Part shown: one piece after another, positions 1 through 10,254 of the stretch
How positions within the stretch are numbered: position 1 is the stretch's first letter
Layout of the letters: every line of letters begins with the position of its first letter
NCBI GenBank assembly: GCA_001790095.1
Contig: MGBH01000001.1
Coordinates: 750,001-782,000 of the forward strand
Source of the DNA: Candidatus Saccharimonadota bacterium
GTDB lineage: Bacteria > Patescibacteriota > Microgenomatia > UBA1406 > GWC2-37-13
Direction: 5' to 3'
Length of the DNA: 32,000 bases
Made by a program: the position numbers and the translations under genes
The notes under the pieces: model-generated
The model's input: the letters and a program-made list of their open reading frames with translations, nothing else
Told to the model about the DNA's origin: nothing
Databases searched by the model: none

Positions 1-33
1 GAAAATTAAAAATTCTTCTTGTATAATTAGTGT

Positions 34-555
34 ATGTCAGTCGGAATACTAACCCCACCAGAAGATGCAAATCTCATCGCCTTAGCTGAACAAATTATGA
101 GAACTCTACAGGATGCATCTGGTAATACTCTTTCACTGGACGCAGGGCAACAACAAAAACTATTGATGACAATTTTAACTGACATGAAAATGCTTGGAAC
201 AGGAGAAATACCCACAGCTTATCTCAATAATCCAACATTATTTGCAGAATTGGCAAAAGGATTAGTCCGTATCCCCGAAGAACTAAAACCTCCTGAGAAA
301 CTTATAGCTCAACAATGTGCAGTCCTGGGATATAACGCTGTCTGTAGACAACTGGAATTTGCATATAATTACGATCCCACAGCTGGTTCACAAACATTAG
401 ATCAAGCACATGCTAGAACACTAAGCAATACATTTGCAGGCATGCGTCAAAAAAGGATTAATCTATGTGACACAGGCGCATCATTAGCTTCGCAAGTTAA
501 ACAATTCATAAAACCACAAGCAACACCAGCAGTTACTGCTTTACCTCAAGCTTAA
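34..555 (+). CDS. hypothetical protein (173 aa)
   Basis: Complete ORF. TATAAT at 22-27 lies 6 nt upstream of ATG 34. No motif I recognise. Confidence 0.55.
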   Translation: MSVGILTPPEDANLIALAEQIMRTLQDASGNTLSLDAGQQQKLLMTILTDMKMLGTGEIPTAYLNNPTLFAELAKGLVRIPEELKPPEKLIAQQCAVLGYNAVCRQLEFAYNYDPTAGSQTLDQAHARTLSNTFAGMRQKRINLCDTGASLASQVKQFIKPQATPAVTALPQA

Positions 556-556
556 T

Positions 557-886
557 ATGTTAGAATCACCACAACAAGTCCAACCCCCTAAAAAAGAACA
601 GCCACGGTCAGTTTCTGGTCTGGGAAGAATGATAATAGGATTGAGAAATTTTTTTTATCGCCCCGAAAAGACTCCACAAACTGCGCCTACACAAACAAAT
701 CCTATAGACGTACTGATGGCACAAGTAAGACTTCATGCTGCGTCTGAGGTTGCTCTAGATGAGGCGTCAAGAGAAAACCAACGTCTTGATGCTGCTGTTG
801 CAGCTCTTGAAAGAGCGACTCAACAACCAATAGAGGAAGATTCAGAAATACAGGCAATAATGAGGCAATTTAAATCACCTCAATAA
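557..886 (+). CDS. hypothetical protein (109 aa)
   Basis: ORF starts 1 nt after the stop of the upstream gene (operon-like). Predicted helical C-terminal half. No recognisable family. Confidence 0.5.
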   Translation: MLESPQQVQPPKKEQPRSVSGLGRMIIGLRNFFYRPEKTPQTAPTQTNPIDVLMAQVRLHAASEVALDEASRENQRLDAAVAALERATQQPIEEDSEIQAIMRQFKSPQ

Positions 887-975
887 ACTCCTATTTACCC
901 GCCCATCAATACCATTCACTTTGAATACATGATCAAGCTTTATAAAGAAATATAGGACTTTTGATACAATAAAGC

Positions 976-2106
976 ATGTTGAGGACTTTCATAATAGCCT
1001 TTCTCTTGCTTTTCTGCATCGCCGTTGGTGCGTATCTGATCTTTCCCAAACAAAAACCTAAACCATTCATAAAAACACCAAAAAAAATAACATATGCTAA
1101 AAAAATGGCTTTCCATGTGTTTAGAAGAGGGCTACCCGATTTTAACGAAGATGTTGAGAAGTGGAATAAAGAGCAAAAACAAACAAGCAAGGTAGTAACA
1201 GTAGACTTTGATGGCAAAATCTCACAACTTGGTGCCGGTGAAACCTATCAAAAATATTATGAACAAGAAGCCACCTATACACAATATAAAAGCTATAGAG
1301 AGGTAATACGGGATGAATTCAAAAGACTCACCCGCCTGTCACCCTCTAACATTAATATAAACGCTTTGGATTACGAAGCCTTGAAAGCGCTTGTTACGGT
1401 ATACCAAAAAGAAACAGATGAGGTAAAAGAAGTTTGGACTGTTGACCCGGTTGCAAAAAGTGCTCGGAAAGTAATGTCTATAAAAAATGGTTACGATGTA
1501 TGTAACCATTTCATCGGCTGGGCGCATAAACAAAGCGAAATCTATGCATATGCGTTGTCAACAACCCCAGCTAACGAATATATCAGGGAATTTTGCATAT
1601 ATTCAGCGGATACTGGCAAAAAATTAAAGACTATTCCCCTTTCGGAGGAAAATTTGGAAAGGAATACTGCCCTATATTATGACCCAAAAAGCAGGATAGC
1701 GCTGACTGATGAAAACGCCGTTGATTTTTCATCTTTCAAATCGTATAAAGCTCCGATCCACAAACTTCCGGATCAAAGCATACACTGGTATTCTGCGCGT
1801 AATGGTAGAGTGGTTATTAGCTATGGCAAACCAACCACTTTTGCCATATATGACATTGGTACAGGCGCAACTTCATCCCCTATTATCCTAGAACCTCTTT
1901 TTTATGAGGAAAAAGGTTCAGTCACTGCTGAAGTATCGATTGATAACAGATATATTCTTTTGAAAAAAAGTCTTCCCGATTTCAGACAGTGTTATCGGGT
2001 ATTTGATATAAAAACAAGCAAAAAAGATGGCTCTTTTTGCAACAATATCTTCGGTGACCCTGAGGCAAAAGCAGAAGATTTTCTCGGATGGATTATTTCA
2101 AGCTAA
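976..2106 (+). CDS. hypothetical membrane-anchored protein (376 aa)
   Basis: N-terminal hydrophobic segment FIIAFLLLFCIAVGAYLIF. TGaTACAAT at 962-970 lies 5 nt upstream of the ATG. Confidence 0.6.
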   Translation: MLRTFIIAFLLLFCIAVGAYLIFPKQKPKPFIKTPKKITYAKKMAFHVFRRGLPDFNEDVEKWNKEQKQTSKVVTVDFDGKISQLGAGETYQKYYEQEATYTQYKSYREVIRDEFKRLTRLSPSNININALDYEALKALVTVYQKETDEVKEVWTVDPVAKSARKVMSIKNGYDVCNHFIGWAHKQSEIYAYALSTTPANEYIREFCIYSADTGKKLKTIPLSEENLERNTALYYDPKSRIALTDENAVDFSSFKSYKAPIHKLPDQSIHWYSARNGRVVISYGKPTTFAIYDIGTGATSSPIILEPLFYEEKGSVTAEVSIDNRYILLKKSLPDFRQCYRVFDIKTSKKDGSFCNNIFGDPEAKAEDFLGWIISS

Positions 2107-2140
2107 TCATGCTTCACTGTTTTTTCTAACATGTAGAAAT

Positions 2141-2524
2141 TTATCTATTACGAGGCGTACTTAGAAGTGTTATGAAATTGAGAAATGCGGCTCCTATATA
2201 AATGAGCCCCATACCAGCAAGTGCTGTTTCTGCTAAATGTAGAGGTACTTCTGAAAAATGAGGAACAATAAGCTTATCTACTCCTAAAAGTCCTATAGTA
2301 ACCACTCCAAACCCTACTCTCCTTGCTACTTCACCTATACAACCACCTCCTATAGACCCGTGTTGATTCATCGCTCCTTGTATATTCCCATTTATCTCAT
2401 CTGGGTTACCATTATGGCTATGGAGAAGAGCTGTCGATATCATATCGGCCATACTGCCTGCGGTATTAAAAAGGTAACTCGCTATAATCGGATGTCCTAA
2501 TAATTGATTCAATTCATTCCCCAT
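2141..2524 (-). CDS. hypothetical Gly-rich, hydrophobic small protein (127 aa)
   Basis: ORF convergent with 976..2106. Hydrophobic C-terminal half. No family recognised. Confidence 0.45.
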   Translation of the reverse strand: MGNELNQLLGHPIIASYLFNTAGSMADMISTALLHSHNGNPDEINGNIQGAMNQHGSIGGGCIGEVARRVGFGVVTIGLLGVDKLIVPHFSEVPLHLAETALAGMGLIYIGAAFLNFITLLSTPRNR

Positions 2525-2613
2525 ATAGAAGCTATATTATAGCTTATAGTAATCAATTTTACAAGGCTATGCTTTTATTCAATAAGTTTCTTTCAACGAG
2601 GCTAAGTTCTCAT

Positions 2614-5523
2614 TTACCTCAAAGGTGTCACTTCGGAAGGAGTTACGAGGATGACACTCCCCTCGCTTGTAGCTATACGCTCTTCTATTTGTTTTGTAGG
2701 AAATATTAAGGTAGGAGCACGTTTGGGAGTTGGTTTGGAAATATTTGTAGGAGTGATAGTTTGTGGAGTAACCGTTAAGGTAACGGATATTTTCGGCATT
2801 GGTGTTAAAGTAATAATTCCTTCTGTGCGCACTGGAGTAATTGTAATTTGTGGTGGACTTTGAGATTTTCTTTTTGTCAGCTCAACTCGAACAACACTTA
2901 CCGGAGGAACTAAGACTGTTAGTCCTGAACGAAACTGTAATACCTCTTCCCTCTTTGTCCACTCATTACTATCAAATTGCTTAACTGAATCAAGAGTGAC
3001 AGTTTTATATTCATTTTCATATTTTGATGTATCAATAATAAATTGGCCAGACATTTCGGTATGCCTGTTAAGTAGGAAAACATATGTTTTCCTACCGATA
3101 TCTGCCGCGTAAAAACTATAGGGTGCAATCGGATATCCACCTCGCACACATCCAACAGCGCTCTGACACGTGGGTATTTTTGGTATTGAAGTTGGAGAGG
3201 GCATATTTGAGCTTATTTGGACCATCTCAAGCATATTGCCCCCAGCAACAACTGAAGTGAGCGCAAAGGCTTCACCTGCTGGATTAAAACGATAAGTATT
3301 CTTATTTTGTAGAGAAAAAAGCCCGCATCCATTGGTAAGATTATTATCGTGAATAAAGGCTGAATGAAGACCTTTACTACTAGCTTCAAGTAGTGTCTCC
3401 AGCACATAAAATCCATGATCTACCGTTCCAGCTGACATATTACTCCTATTCATACTTTTTCCTCCCCCCCAGCATTTGAGATTCCATTCTGTATAGGAAA
3501 GCCCAAAAGGGCTATAATCAGCCATTCTGCTAACCATTCTTTCTGCCCCTTCCTTTACTCCGTATATTGCCGCAATCCCAGGGATGTTGTAGTGGAAAGA
3601 TGAGCTAAAATCAACATTTGAATAAAAAACATACGAATACAACGAACCAATTGAAAAACTCTCTGGAATACCATGAGGCTTATAGGTGGTGTTATCCAAT
3701 ACCTCTTTGGAAAAACAATCTATAAGTGGATGTTTCGTACTTTTTGAAGACTGATCAATTCCAATATCAATTGCCGTATTCACTAAAGACACATTGCATG
3801 TTTCTGTATATAGCCCAGTTCCTCCAGTAGGTTTATTATATACGTAATAGTTTCTGACATATTTATTTGTCGGACCAGTCCCCGCCTCATTTCTGCCAAT
3901 AAGCATAAAACTATCAATCCCTCTTAATGTTCCCCGTATTTGTGCATTTATATCAGGCAACGCTGTCCAGGCACTGCATTTTTTTGCATCCAGAATTCCA
4001 TTTTTAAAATCGCAATATCTTTCTTTTATGGTGGGTGTCTGCTCATCTGTCAGTATTCGTACCCGAATTAATTGCTGATTTACATTGTTGGTAAAAGGAA
4101 GAATATCGTACTCAAGAAGTTTCCCTGTTGAAGACTGACTCGTAGCTCCCAAAGACTGCTTCCACGGCTCACATTGAGAATAATTAGCATATATAGAAGC
4201 ACTTGGATTAATCGGACAATTACGATACCATATTTGTTGGCCATCTGCATCCAAAAACGACTGACGAAGCATCTCTTTTCCTTCTTTAAAAAAAGACTTC
4301 ATAGAAACTCCTTTATATGACTCTGTGGGGCTTGAAGATCCTCTTAACTGCGTGTATGGGACTTTCTGAAAGTTGGTACAATCAGTCCCTATCGCACCAG
4401 CCTTCTGATAACTTAATGCGCATTGCCTAACATATCCTTCAGTCCCCGACTCGTTGAGAAATCCTGTAATCAGATACTGATTTTTTGGCAAATACTCATT
4501 AACTGAATCCGGCATCTTTGATTCCGGGAAAATAGTCGGTCTGTTTGACACCTGATCATATTTCTGAGGAATTACCCAACTTTTAGGACTATTATAACCT
4601 GCATATGCGTAGGGATGATCTGTTACAAAATCAAAACAGGATATGGGTGTATTTTGATACACACATGCCTTTTCACTGATCGCAGCCCTAACTAAATTAG
4701 TCCAATTTTGATCATCAGCGCTTGAGGATGTTCCTGTTATATTGTTACCTGATGATGGATAACCAACAATACCAACCTGTAAATGAGGATCAACTCCCTT
4801 TATCACCTGTGCAAGTTCTTTTGAAAACTGTATATGTGCCGTTGGATCATAAGGACCCCATGGCTCGTTACCAAGTTCATAATAATGAATTTTATTTTTA
4901 TAAGTTGTTACAATCTGCAATAGATCGTTTTTTAATATATTCTTTCGAGCAGTAATATCATAAGGGATAGATATAGGATAAGCAGAGTATCCTCCGGAAA
5001 CTATTCCCTTATTTGGATCATAGTTTGTATTTACAAGATACATAAGTTCTGCTCCCATACTCTCAGTGAAAATAAGCATATCTTTAAGCGAAATCGAATA
5101 ACTAGGCATTGTAACTAAAGGGGTTGGAGTAAGTAGATATGATGAATATGGCACGGGTGCTTTATATTTCTCCATATACAGTTTACCATTTGTCATCTGT
5201 TTGTCTATTGGATTGTTATCGTCTCCTCCAAACCTGACAATTTTTATTCCCAGTTTTTTCCATCCCTCAATATTGTACTTACCTACTAGGCTGTCGACCG
5301 CCTCGGGCGTTTTCTGAAACATCCAGAAGTTCATTCCCCATATGTTTTTCGATATGCTTTTCTTAGAATCTCCAATCTTTAAACCCACCGTATAAACTCC
5401 CCCACCAGCTTTGGAATTAATAATGAATTGATAAAAAAAAGAAGAAAAAAAGACAATAAGAATTGTAATAACAATAAAGCCTATCCCTATTCCAAATAAT
5501 GTGATAATTTTTCGTTTTGACAT
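2614..5523 (-). CDS. membrane-anchored secreted glycoside-hydrolase-like protein (clan GH-A style NEP and TEW motifs) with a Pro/Thr-rich C-terminal tail
   Basis: N-terminal TM segment. YYELGNEPWGPYDP (acid/base-type NEP motif) and a later SYTEWN (nucleophile-type motif). PT-rich tail. The track ORF starts at TTG 5532; I prefer the in-frame ATG at 5523. Confidence 0.6.
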   Translation of the reverse strand: MSKRKIITLFGIGIGFIVITILIVFFSSFFYQFIINSKAGGGVYTVGLKIGDSKKSISKNIWGMNFWMFQKTPEAVDSLVGKYNIEGWKKLGIKIVRFGGDDNNPIDKQMTNGKLYMEKYKAPVPYSSYLLTPTPLVTMPSYSISLKDMLIFTESMGAELMYLVNTNYDPNKGIVSGGYSAYPISIPYDITARKNILKNDLLQIVTTYKNKIHYYELGNEPWGPYDPTAHIQFSKELAQVIKGVDPHLQVGIVGYPSSGNNITGTSSSADDQNWTNLVRAAISEKACVYQNTPISCFDFVTDHPYAYAGYNSPKSWVIPQKYDQVSNRPTIFPESKMPDSVNEYLPKNQYLITGFLNESGTEGYVRQCALSYQKAGAIGTDCTNFQKVPYTQLRGSSSPTESYKGVSMKSFFKEGKEMLRQSFLDADGQQIWYRNCPINPSASIYANYSQCEPWKQSLGATSQSSTGKLLEYDILPFTNNVNQQLIRVRILTDEQTPTIKERYCDFKNGILDAKKCSAWTALPDINAQIRGTLRGIDSFMLIGRNEAGTGPTNKYVRNYYVYNKPTGGTGLYTETCNVSLVNTAIDIGIDQSSKSTKHPLIDCFSKEVLDNTTYKPHGIPESFSIGSLYSYVFYSNVDFSSSFHYNIPGIAAIYGVKEGAERMVSRMADYSPFGLSYTEWNLKCWGGGKSMNRSNMSAGTVDHGFYVLETLLEASSKGLHSAFIHDNNLTNGCGLFSLQNKNTYRFNPAGEAFALTSVVAGGNMLEMVQISSNMPSPTSIPKIPTCQSAVGCVRGGYPIAPYSFYAADIGRKTYVFLLNRHTEMSGQFIIDTSKYENEYKTVTLDSVKQFDSNEWTKREEVLQFRSGLTVLVPPVSVVRVELTKRKSQSPPQITITPVRTEGIITLTPMPKISVTLTVTPQTITPTNISKPTPKRAPTLIFPTKQIEERIATSEGSVILVTPSEVTPLR

Positions 5524-5611
5524 GATCTTCAACTAAGAGTACATCAAAAAAAACGTTAATACAATAGGCAATACCGCCCTTATTTTTATAAATATTGGTT
5601 ATAATAACTAA

Positions 5612-5697
5612 ATGAAACTAAGTATCGATATCGTCAAACTTCCCATGTAGGAAAAAGCATTCTTGTAATAACTGCTTCTTTTCACTATAGAACAAAT
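5612..5697 (+). pseudogene. decayed fragment of the ychF 5' end, preceded by its -10 box at 5600-5605
   Basis: atgaaactaagtatcg is identical to the first 16 nt of ychF at 7344. Similarity continues through the P-loop (ggaaaaag) and a second block (tttcactatagaacaaat vs tttgcactatcgaaccaaat at 7447-7466). It is interrupted by TAG at 5648-5650 and by a ~33-nt deletion. Confidence 0.7.
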
Positions 5698-5986
5698 TTT
5701 TCTGCTATTTGCATTAAAGGGAAATTCGAGTGAAAATAACACAGAATATGATATAGTATAGGCCTATATAGCAACCCAAGCAAGAATCGAATTAGAGCGC
5801 TCTCCCCTTTTTTCTCGACGGTTTGAGGAAGGGTGGGTCATACCTTTTACTCAAAAACCGACCGTAGAAAAACTTCTGACACATCGTGGGTACACTAAAG
5901 AATCAGGTCTTTTTGTCGCAACAACCTATTTTTCTAATAATCCTGCAGGTAGTATCTGGCAATGGCCACAATGGTCACCATCCCGT

Positions 5987-7336
5987 ATGGAAAGTCAAGG
6001 AATGGTAGTTGCCAGATTCAGGCAACGGTTTTATGAAGATCCATTGCGGGATGATCAATTTGTTCTTCAAGGGGGCGGAGATATGGAGCTGAAATTCCAT
6101 CATGACGACCCCGCTCTTTGCAAAAAAGTATCCATCCATATACCCGAGGAAATTGGCATTGAGCAGCTTATGGCATTAAGTCATACTGACAGAATAGGAT
6201 TTCGGAATATCTTGGCTCGGCTTTCACAAGAAACAGGAGAAAATCACATTAATCCCCTTGCTCTGATTGTGCAAACACATAGTGGGTTAGCGCCCTTAGT
6301 CACTCGAATCTCTCAGAGAGATACTTATAAACTGGATCAAGACGGATCAAAAGCTACCATTGATACTGGGTTCTCTTATGGCGCGTATCCTTATCTGCAA
6401 GTTACCAATCCTGTTTTTGGTGCAGTAGTTTTGGAGAAACAACCTGATATTTTACATGTGGAAGTAAAAGCACCAGAGAAGACGGATAGAATTACCACGT
6501 TGCTTAAGGAAATGGAATCTCTGTCAATCGGCAGTAAAGTAAGACCGCGCAAATCATTTGCTCAACTCAGAGAGTCTGCACTTAAAAAAACAGGGAGAAT
6601 TATAAAAGAACACTCTGATCATGAAATTGAGGCAAAACTTAAGGTCGATATAACAAACGGGAAATTAACTCTCGATGACGTTTTAATGCAGCTATACATA
6701 AGCGCAGCATCAAATCGGTTGCCAGGCTTTCGTCTTTCGCCGCAATTTCCAGATATTGCAGTCCGGACGTCGGACAGTGCCCTCTACAGTACCTATGGAT
6801 GGGTAGATAAAAACAACAAAGTACATGAAGTGCTCACTGTTATCCGGGTTGAAGGAAACCCTCCCGTTTTTTGGATGAAAAGAAAAGGAGATCCTCAATC
6901 GACGTCTGCAGACAAAACGATGGTGAGAACAGAAAAAATGGAAATACTCAAAGAACCGCCTGATATGGATGCGATTCTTGTTGATGAGACACAAAAAGCA
7001 GGACAGGCCGTGATCAAAATAGGTAGTTTTAGAAAAAGGAAGATCGCCTTTAAGGTTGAAGAAATAAAAACAGGGAGAATGTTCACCGTATCCCTTGATG
7101 AAGACCGTTTGGAAGGAGCACAAGAGAGCGAACCCCTGAGACAACTGGAGATTGAGTATGCAGAAACACCACAAGAAAATATAGCAGGGATACCATCAGA
7201 CAGAACCATACAACATGCAAGTAATCAATTGCAACTTGCTTTATCGGAATTAAATTTGAACGGGGTAAAACTCACCCCAACTTCAGAGAGGAAAATTGAA
7301 TGGCTTTATACACATTTTCTTTCTCTTACGTTATAA
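5987..7336 (+). CDS. hypothetical protein with a CYTH-like (triphosphate tunnel metalloenzyme-like) C-terminal half
   Basis: HEIEAKLKV matches the ExExK motif (from nt 6620). Later VIRVEGN, WMKRKG, FRKRKIAFKV, TVSLDEDRL and LRQLEIEYAE resemble the charged beta-strand pattern of CYTH domains. The frame is open from 5762 with no ATG/GTG/TTG, so the true N-terminus is uncertain. Confidence 0.6.
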   Translation: MESQGMVVARFRQRFYEDPLRDDQFVLQGGGDMELKFHHDDPALCKKVSIHIPEEIGIEQLMALSHTDRIGFRNILARLSQETGENHINPLALIVQTHSGLAPLVTRISQRDTYKLDQDGSKATIDTGFSYGAYPYLQVTNPVFGAVVLEKQPDILHVEVKAPEKTDRITTLLKEMESLSIGSKVRPRKSFAQLRESALKKTGRIIKEHSDHEIEAKLKVDITNGKLTLDDVLMQLYISAASNRLPGFRLSPQFPDIAVRTSDSALYSTYGWVDKNNKVHEVLTVIRVEGNPPVFWMKRKGDPQSTSADKTMVRTEKMEILKEPPDMDAILVDETQKAGQAVIKIGSFRKRKIAFKVEEIKTGRMFTVSLDEDRLEGAQESEPLRQLEIEYAETPQENIAGIPSDRTIQHASNQLQLALSELNLNGVKLTPTSERKIEWLYTHFLSLTL

Positions 7337-7343
7337 TTGACCC

Positions 7344-8423
7344 ATGAAACTAAGTATCGGAATTGTTGGTCTCCCCAATGTCGGAAAAAGTACTCTTTTT
7401 AATGCGCTTCTCAAAAAACAGGTAGCCGATGCTGCAAATTATCCCTTTTGCACTATCGAACCAAATGTTGGAATCGTTGAAGTACCGGATGAAAGACTTC
7501 CCATATTGGCAAAAATAGTGAAAACAGAGAAAATTGTTCCTGCGGCTGTTGAGTTCTATGATATCGCAGGCATCGTAAAAGGCGCATCAGAAGGTGAAGG
7601 TTTGGGAAATAAATTCCTTTCCCATATCCGCGAAGTATCGGCTATCGTGCATGTAGTGCGACTCTTTGATGATCCAAACGTCATCCATGTGGCCAATAAA
7701 GTGGATCCAAAAAGTGACATGGAAACGATAGATGCAGAGCTTATTTTGGCTGATCTTGAGACATTAAGTAAGCAAAAGGAACCGCGAGGCAATGCGGATA
7801 AAAAAGAACATATACGATATGCAATTATTCAAAGATTTAAGAGTGAATTAAACAAAGGGGTTCCTGCCCGAAATGTAGTAGTAACAGATGAAGAAATACA
7901 AATTATCCGCGAACTTAATCTCCTTACCCTAAAACCAGTTATCTATGCATTTAATGTATCTGAAGAACAGCTTAGTTCAAAAGAAGAAACCATCAAAAAA
8001 ATTCAATCATTGGGAATTAATACTAACTGGCTTTTTTTCAATGCAAAATTGGAAAACGATGTCCTTGCTCTATCTGCTCAAGAGCAAAAAGAATATCTTA
8101 ACCAATATGGACTTGAAGATACGGGTCTCAATCGGCTTATCAAAAAGTCATACGAGATTCTCGGCCTTGTCTCTTTTTTAACCGCTGGAGTTATTGAAGC
8201 AAAAGCATGGACTATCACAAAAGGCACTCTTGCTCCTCAGGCCGCAGGCACAATTCATACAGATTTTGAAAAGAAATTTATAAAGGCTGATATTGTGACT
8301 TATGATGATTTTGTAGCATGTGAAGGCTGGGTCAAAGCACGCGAGACAGGCAAGGTAGTAAGTGCTGGCAAAGATTATATGATGAAAGATGGAGATGTGG
8401 TAGAGTTTAAGGTTGGGTCATGA
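7344..8423 (+). CDS. ychF: ribosome-binding ATPase YchF (Obg-like GTPase family)
   Basis: N-terminus [22 protein letters not shown] (P-loop), [17 protein letters not shown] and a TGS-like C-terminus. TATAAT at 7332-7337 lies 6 nt upstream of the ATG. Confidence 0.93.
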   Translation: MKLSIGIVGLPNVGKSTLFNALLKKQVADAANYPFCTIEPNVGIVEVPDERLPILAKIVKTEKIVPAAVEFYDIAGIVKGASEGEGLGNKFLSHIREVSAIVHVVRLFDDPNVIHVANKVDPKSDMETIDAELILADLETLSKQKEPRGNADKKEHIRYAIIQRFKSELNKGVPARNVVVTDEEIQIIRELNLLTLKPVIYAFNVSEEQLSSKEETIKKIQSLGINTNWLFFNAKLENDVLALSAQEQKEYLNQYGLEDTGLNRLIKKSYEILGLVSFLTAGVIEAKAWTITKGTLAPQAAGTIHTDFEKKFIKADIVTYDDFVACEGWVKARETGKVVSAGKDYMMKDGDVVEFKVGS

Positions 8424-8571
8424 AAGACATGTCTACCTAAATTTTAGTGAAGGATATGTATTGTTAAAATTAAATCCAAACATAAATATTAAAATATTTA
8501 TCGAAGGTGAAAAAGATAAAAGAAATTCTATTTTCATAGAGCACATAAGAATTTGTAGTAATATGTAAATA

Positions 8572-10191
8572 ATGTATAAACAACAAAAAATTTGTATCGA
8601 TAAAAAGTTTCTTCAAGTTGTTTTGTTTTTTATTTTATCTTCGACTTTCCTTATTATTCTCTCTGCTTTACTACAGAACACAAACCTTAACATATCAAAA
8701 AAAGCTGCAGAAATCCCCCCACAAATATCTTCAATACAAATGAAGGGTGAAATACTTGAAGATAGAATTATCCAAAATCCCAGTCAATTGGGAGGAATTC
8801 AAAATAAAATGGATCCGAAACAAAAAATAGTTTATGAAACGATTCCAGTAATGTTTGGAGTGTCAAAGCAAGTAATAGTAAATCACTGCGATGAATATAT
8901 AAACAAAAATAGTGAAAGATATACTGACTGGACAAGTCCTGAGATTAAACCTTGTAAATTCATTGAAAAAATGATCCAAAGGGACTTTCAACAATTACAA
9001 AATGACTTTAAGGATACAGGAAAAACCTTCGTCTTTGCAGGAATTGATAAAACATGGGACCAAACAGTAGATCAAAAACTTGACTGTAATCATAATAAAG
9101 CTGGCGGATCTCAATATGTTCCATATAATGATTGCTTTCATAGTGATAAAAGTATTTATGTCACTATTTTATATGCTAAAAACGCTAAAAATTCAGGAGG
9201 AGAGGCTCTTCCATGGAGACATACTATTCGATATGTAGCCCCAGGCAAATTTATCGACGGAAAGGACCACTGGGAGCTACAAGATTTTCATTGGCAACCT
9301 ACTTATGTTCTTACTCATGAAATCGGTCATCTATTCGGTCAATATCATGTTCCTTGGATATTTATGGATTCAAATGAAGTCGTTCCCATATCCTATCCAC
9401 TCTTTTACCAAGGCGATCTTGATCATGATACTTTTGGATATAACAAATCATTAGTAATGACAATTACTCAAAGAGGGAGCCTTAAAAAAAATTCGGAAAT
9501 AATAGCAGAAAGCATTCCTAATACTGTCGAAATAATGTTTTCTGGTTTGCAAAGTGGTCCTTATACTGTTAAACAGTATAAGGTATCCCCCTCCGGATGG
9601 GGTATTAGTAAAATAGAAAAAGAAAATTTTACTGAAAGCAATTATCATGAATCCAGTGCAATTCTTCCACTGACACGAACTGAGATATATCAATCTCCAC
9701 TTTTATTCTTTGAAATAACACAAAATAACAAAAAAAATTATTACTGGTTTAGTATTATGGATGCACATTTCCTCTTTTGGGAAAATCAAACTGAGATAGC
9801 TCAAAAGATTCTTTTACCAATAAAGACTTCTGATAATGCTATACATATAATTCCAAATTCAAACTTAAAATATCGTACAGTTGAATTATTATTCACTCAG
9901 AAAACCAGCGAAGATGTATATTATTTAGTAGATCGATGGCATTTAGATGGAATTCCAGATAGTACCCTAATTAATATTAATACTAATGTACCTGATAGTG
10001 TTTTTATTTTTTTAAGAACATATGTTGGCCATACCACATTGAGTAACTGGATTAGCGCTAAACCACAAGGAGATGTATTAAACTATGGCACAGTTAAAAA
10101 CTGTACAGGTTTAATTCAAAAAGGCAAGTATAATCAAGATATGTGCGAGTTTACAAAAACAGGAAATACAACCTTTGAAATAGATTATTAA
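8572..10191 (+). CDS. membrane-anchored putative metzincin-type zinc metalloprotease (539 aa)
   Basis: N-terminal TM segment. HEIGHLFGQYH fits the metzincin HExxHxxGxxH zinc-binding consensus. The rest is unrecognised. Confidence 0.6.
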   Translation: MYKQQKICIDKKFLQVVLFFILSSTFLIILSALLQNTNLNISKKAAEIPPQISSIQMKGEILEDRIIQNPSQLGGIQNKMDPKQKIVYETIPVMFGVSKQVIVNHCDEYINKNSERYTDWTSPEIKPCKFIEKMIQRDFQQLQNDFKDTGKTFVFAGIDKTWDQTVDQKLDCNHNKAGGSQYVPYNDCFHSDKSIYVTILYAKNAKNSGGEALPWRHTIRYVAPGKFIDGKDHWELQDFHWQPTYVLTHEIGHLFGQYHVPWIFMDSNEVVPISYPLFYQGDLDHDTFGYNKSLVMTITQRGSLKKNSEIIAESIPNTVEIMFSGLQSGPYTVKQYKVSPSGWGISKIEKENFTESNYHESSAILPLTRTEIYQSPLLFFEITQNNKKNYYWFSIMDAHFLFWENQTEIAQKILLPIKTSDNAIHIIPNSNLKYRTVELLFTQKTSEDVYYLVDRWHLDGIPDSTLININTNVPDSVFIFLRTYVGHTTLSNWISAKPQGDVLNYGTVKNCTGLIQKGKYNQDMCEFTKTGNTTFEIDY

Positions 10192-10254
10192 GTAATTACT
10201 TATTAAAGTAGAGGTATTTTATATAATTGACTAAGGTTTTCTATGTGATAGAGT

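Noticed and set aside
6710-7209. Antisense ORFs 6710..7174 and 6895..7209 inside the CYTH-like gene.
   Set aside because: They overlap a longer ORF with recognisable motifs. Their sequences are Cys/Phe/Ser-rich and not protein-like.
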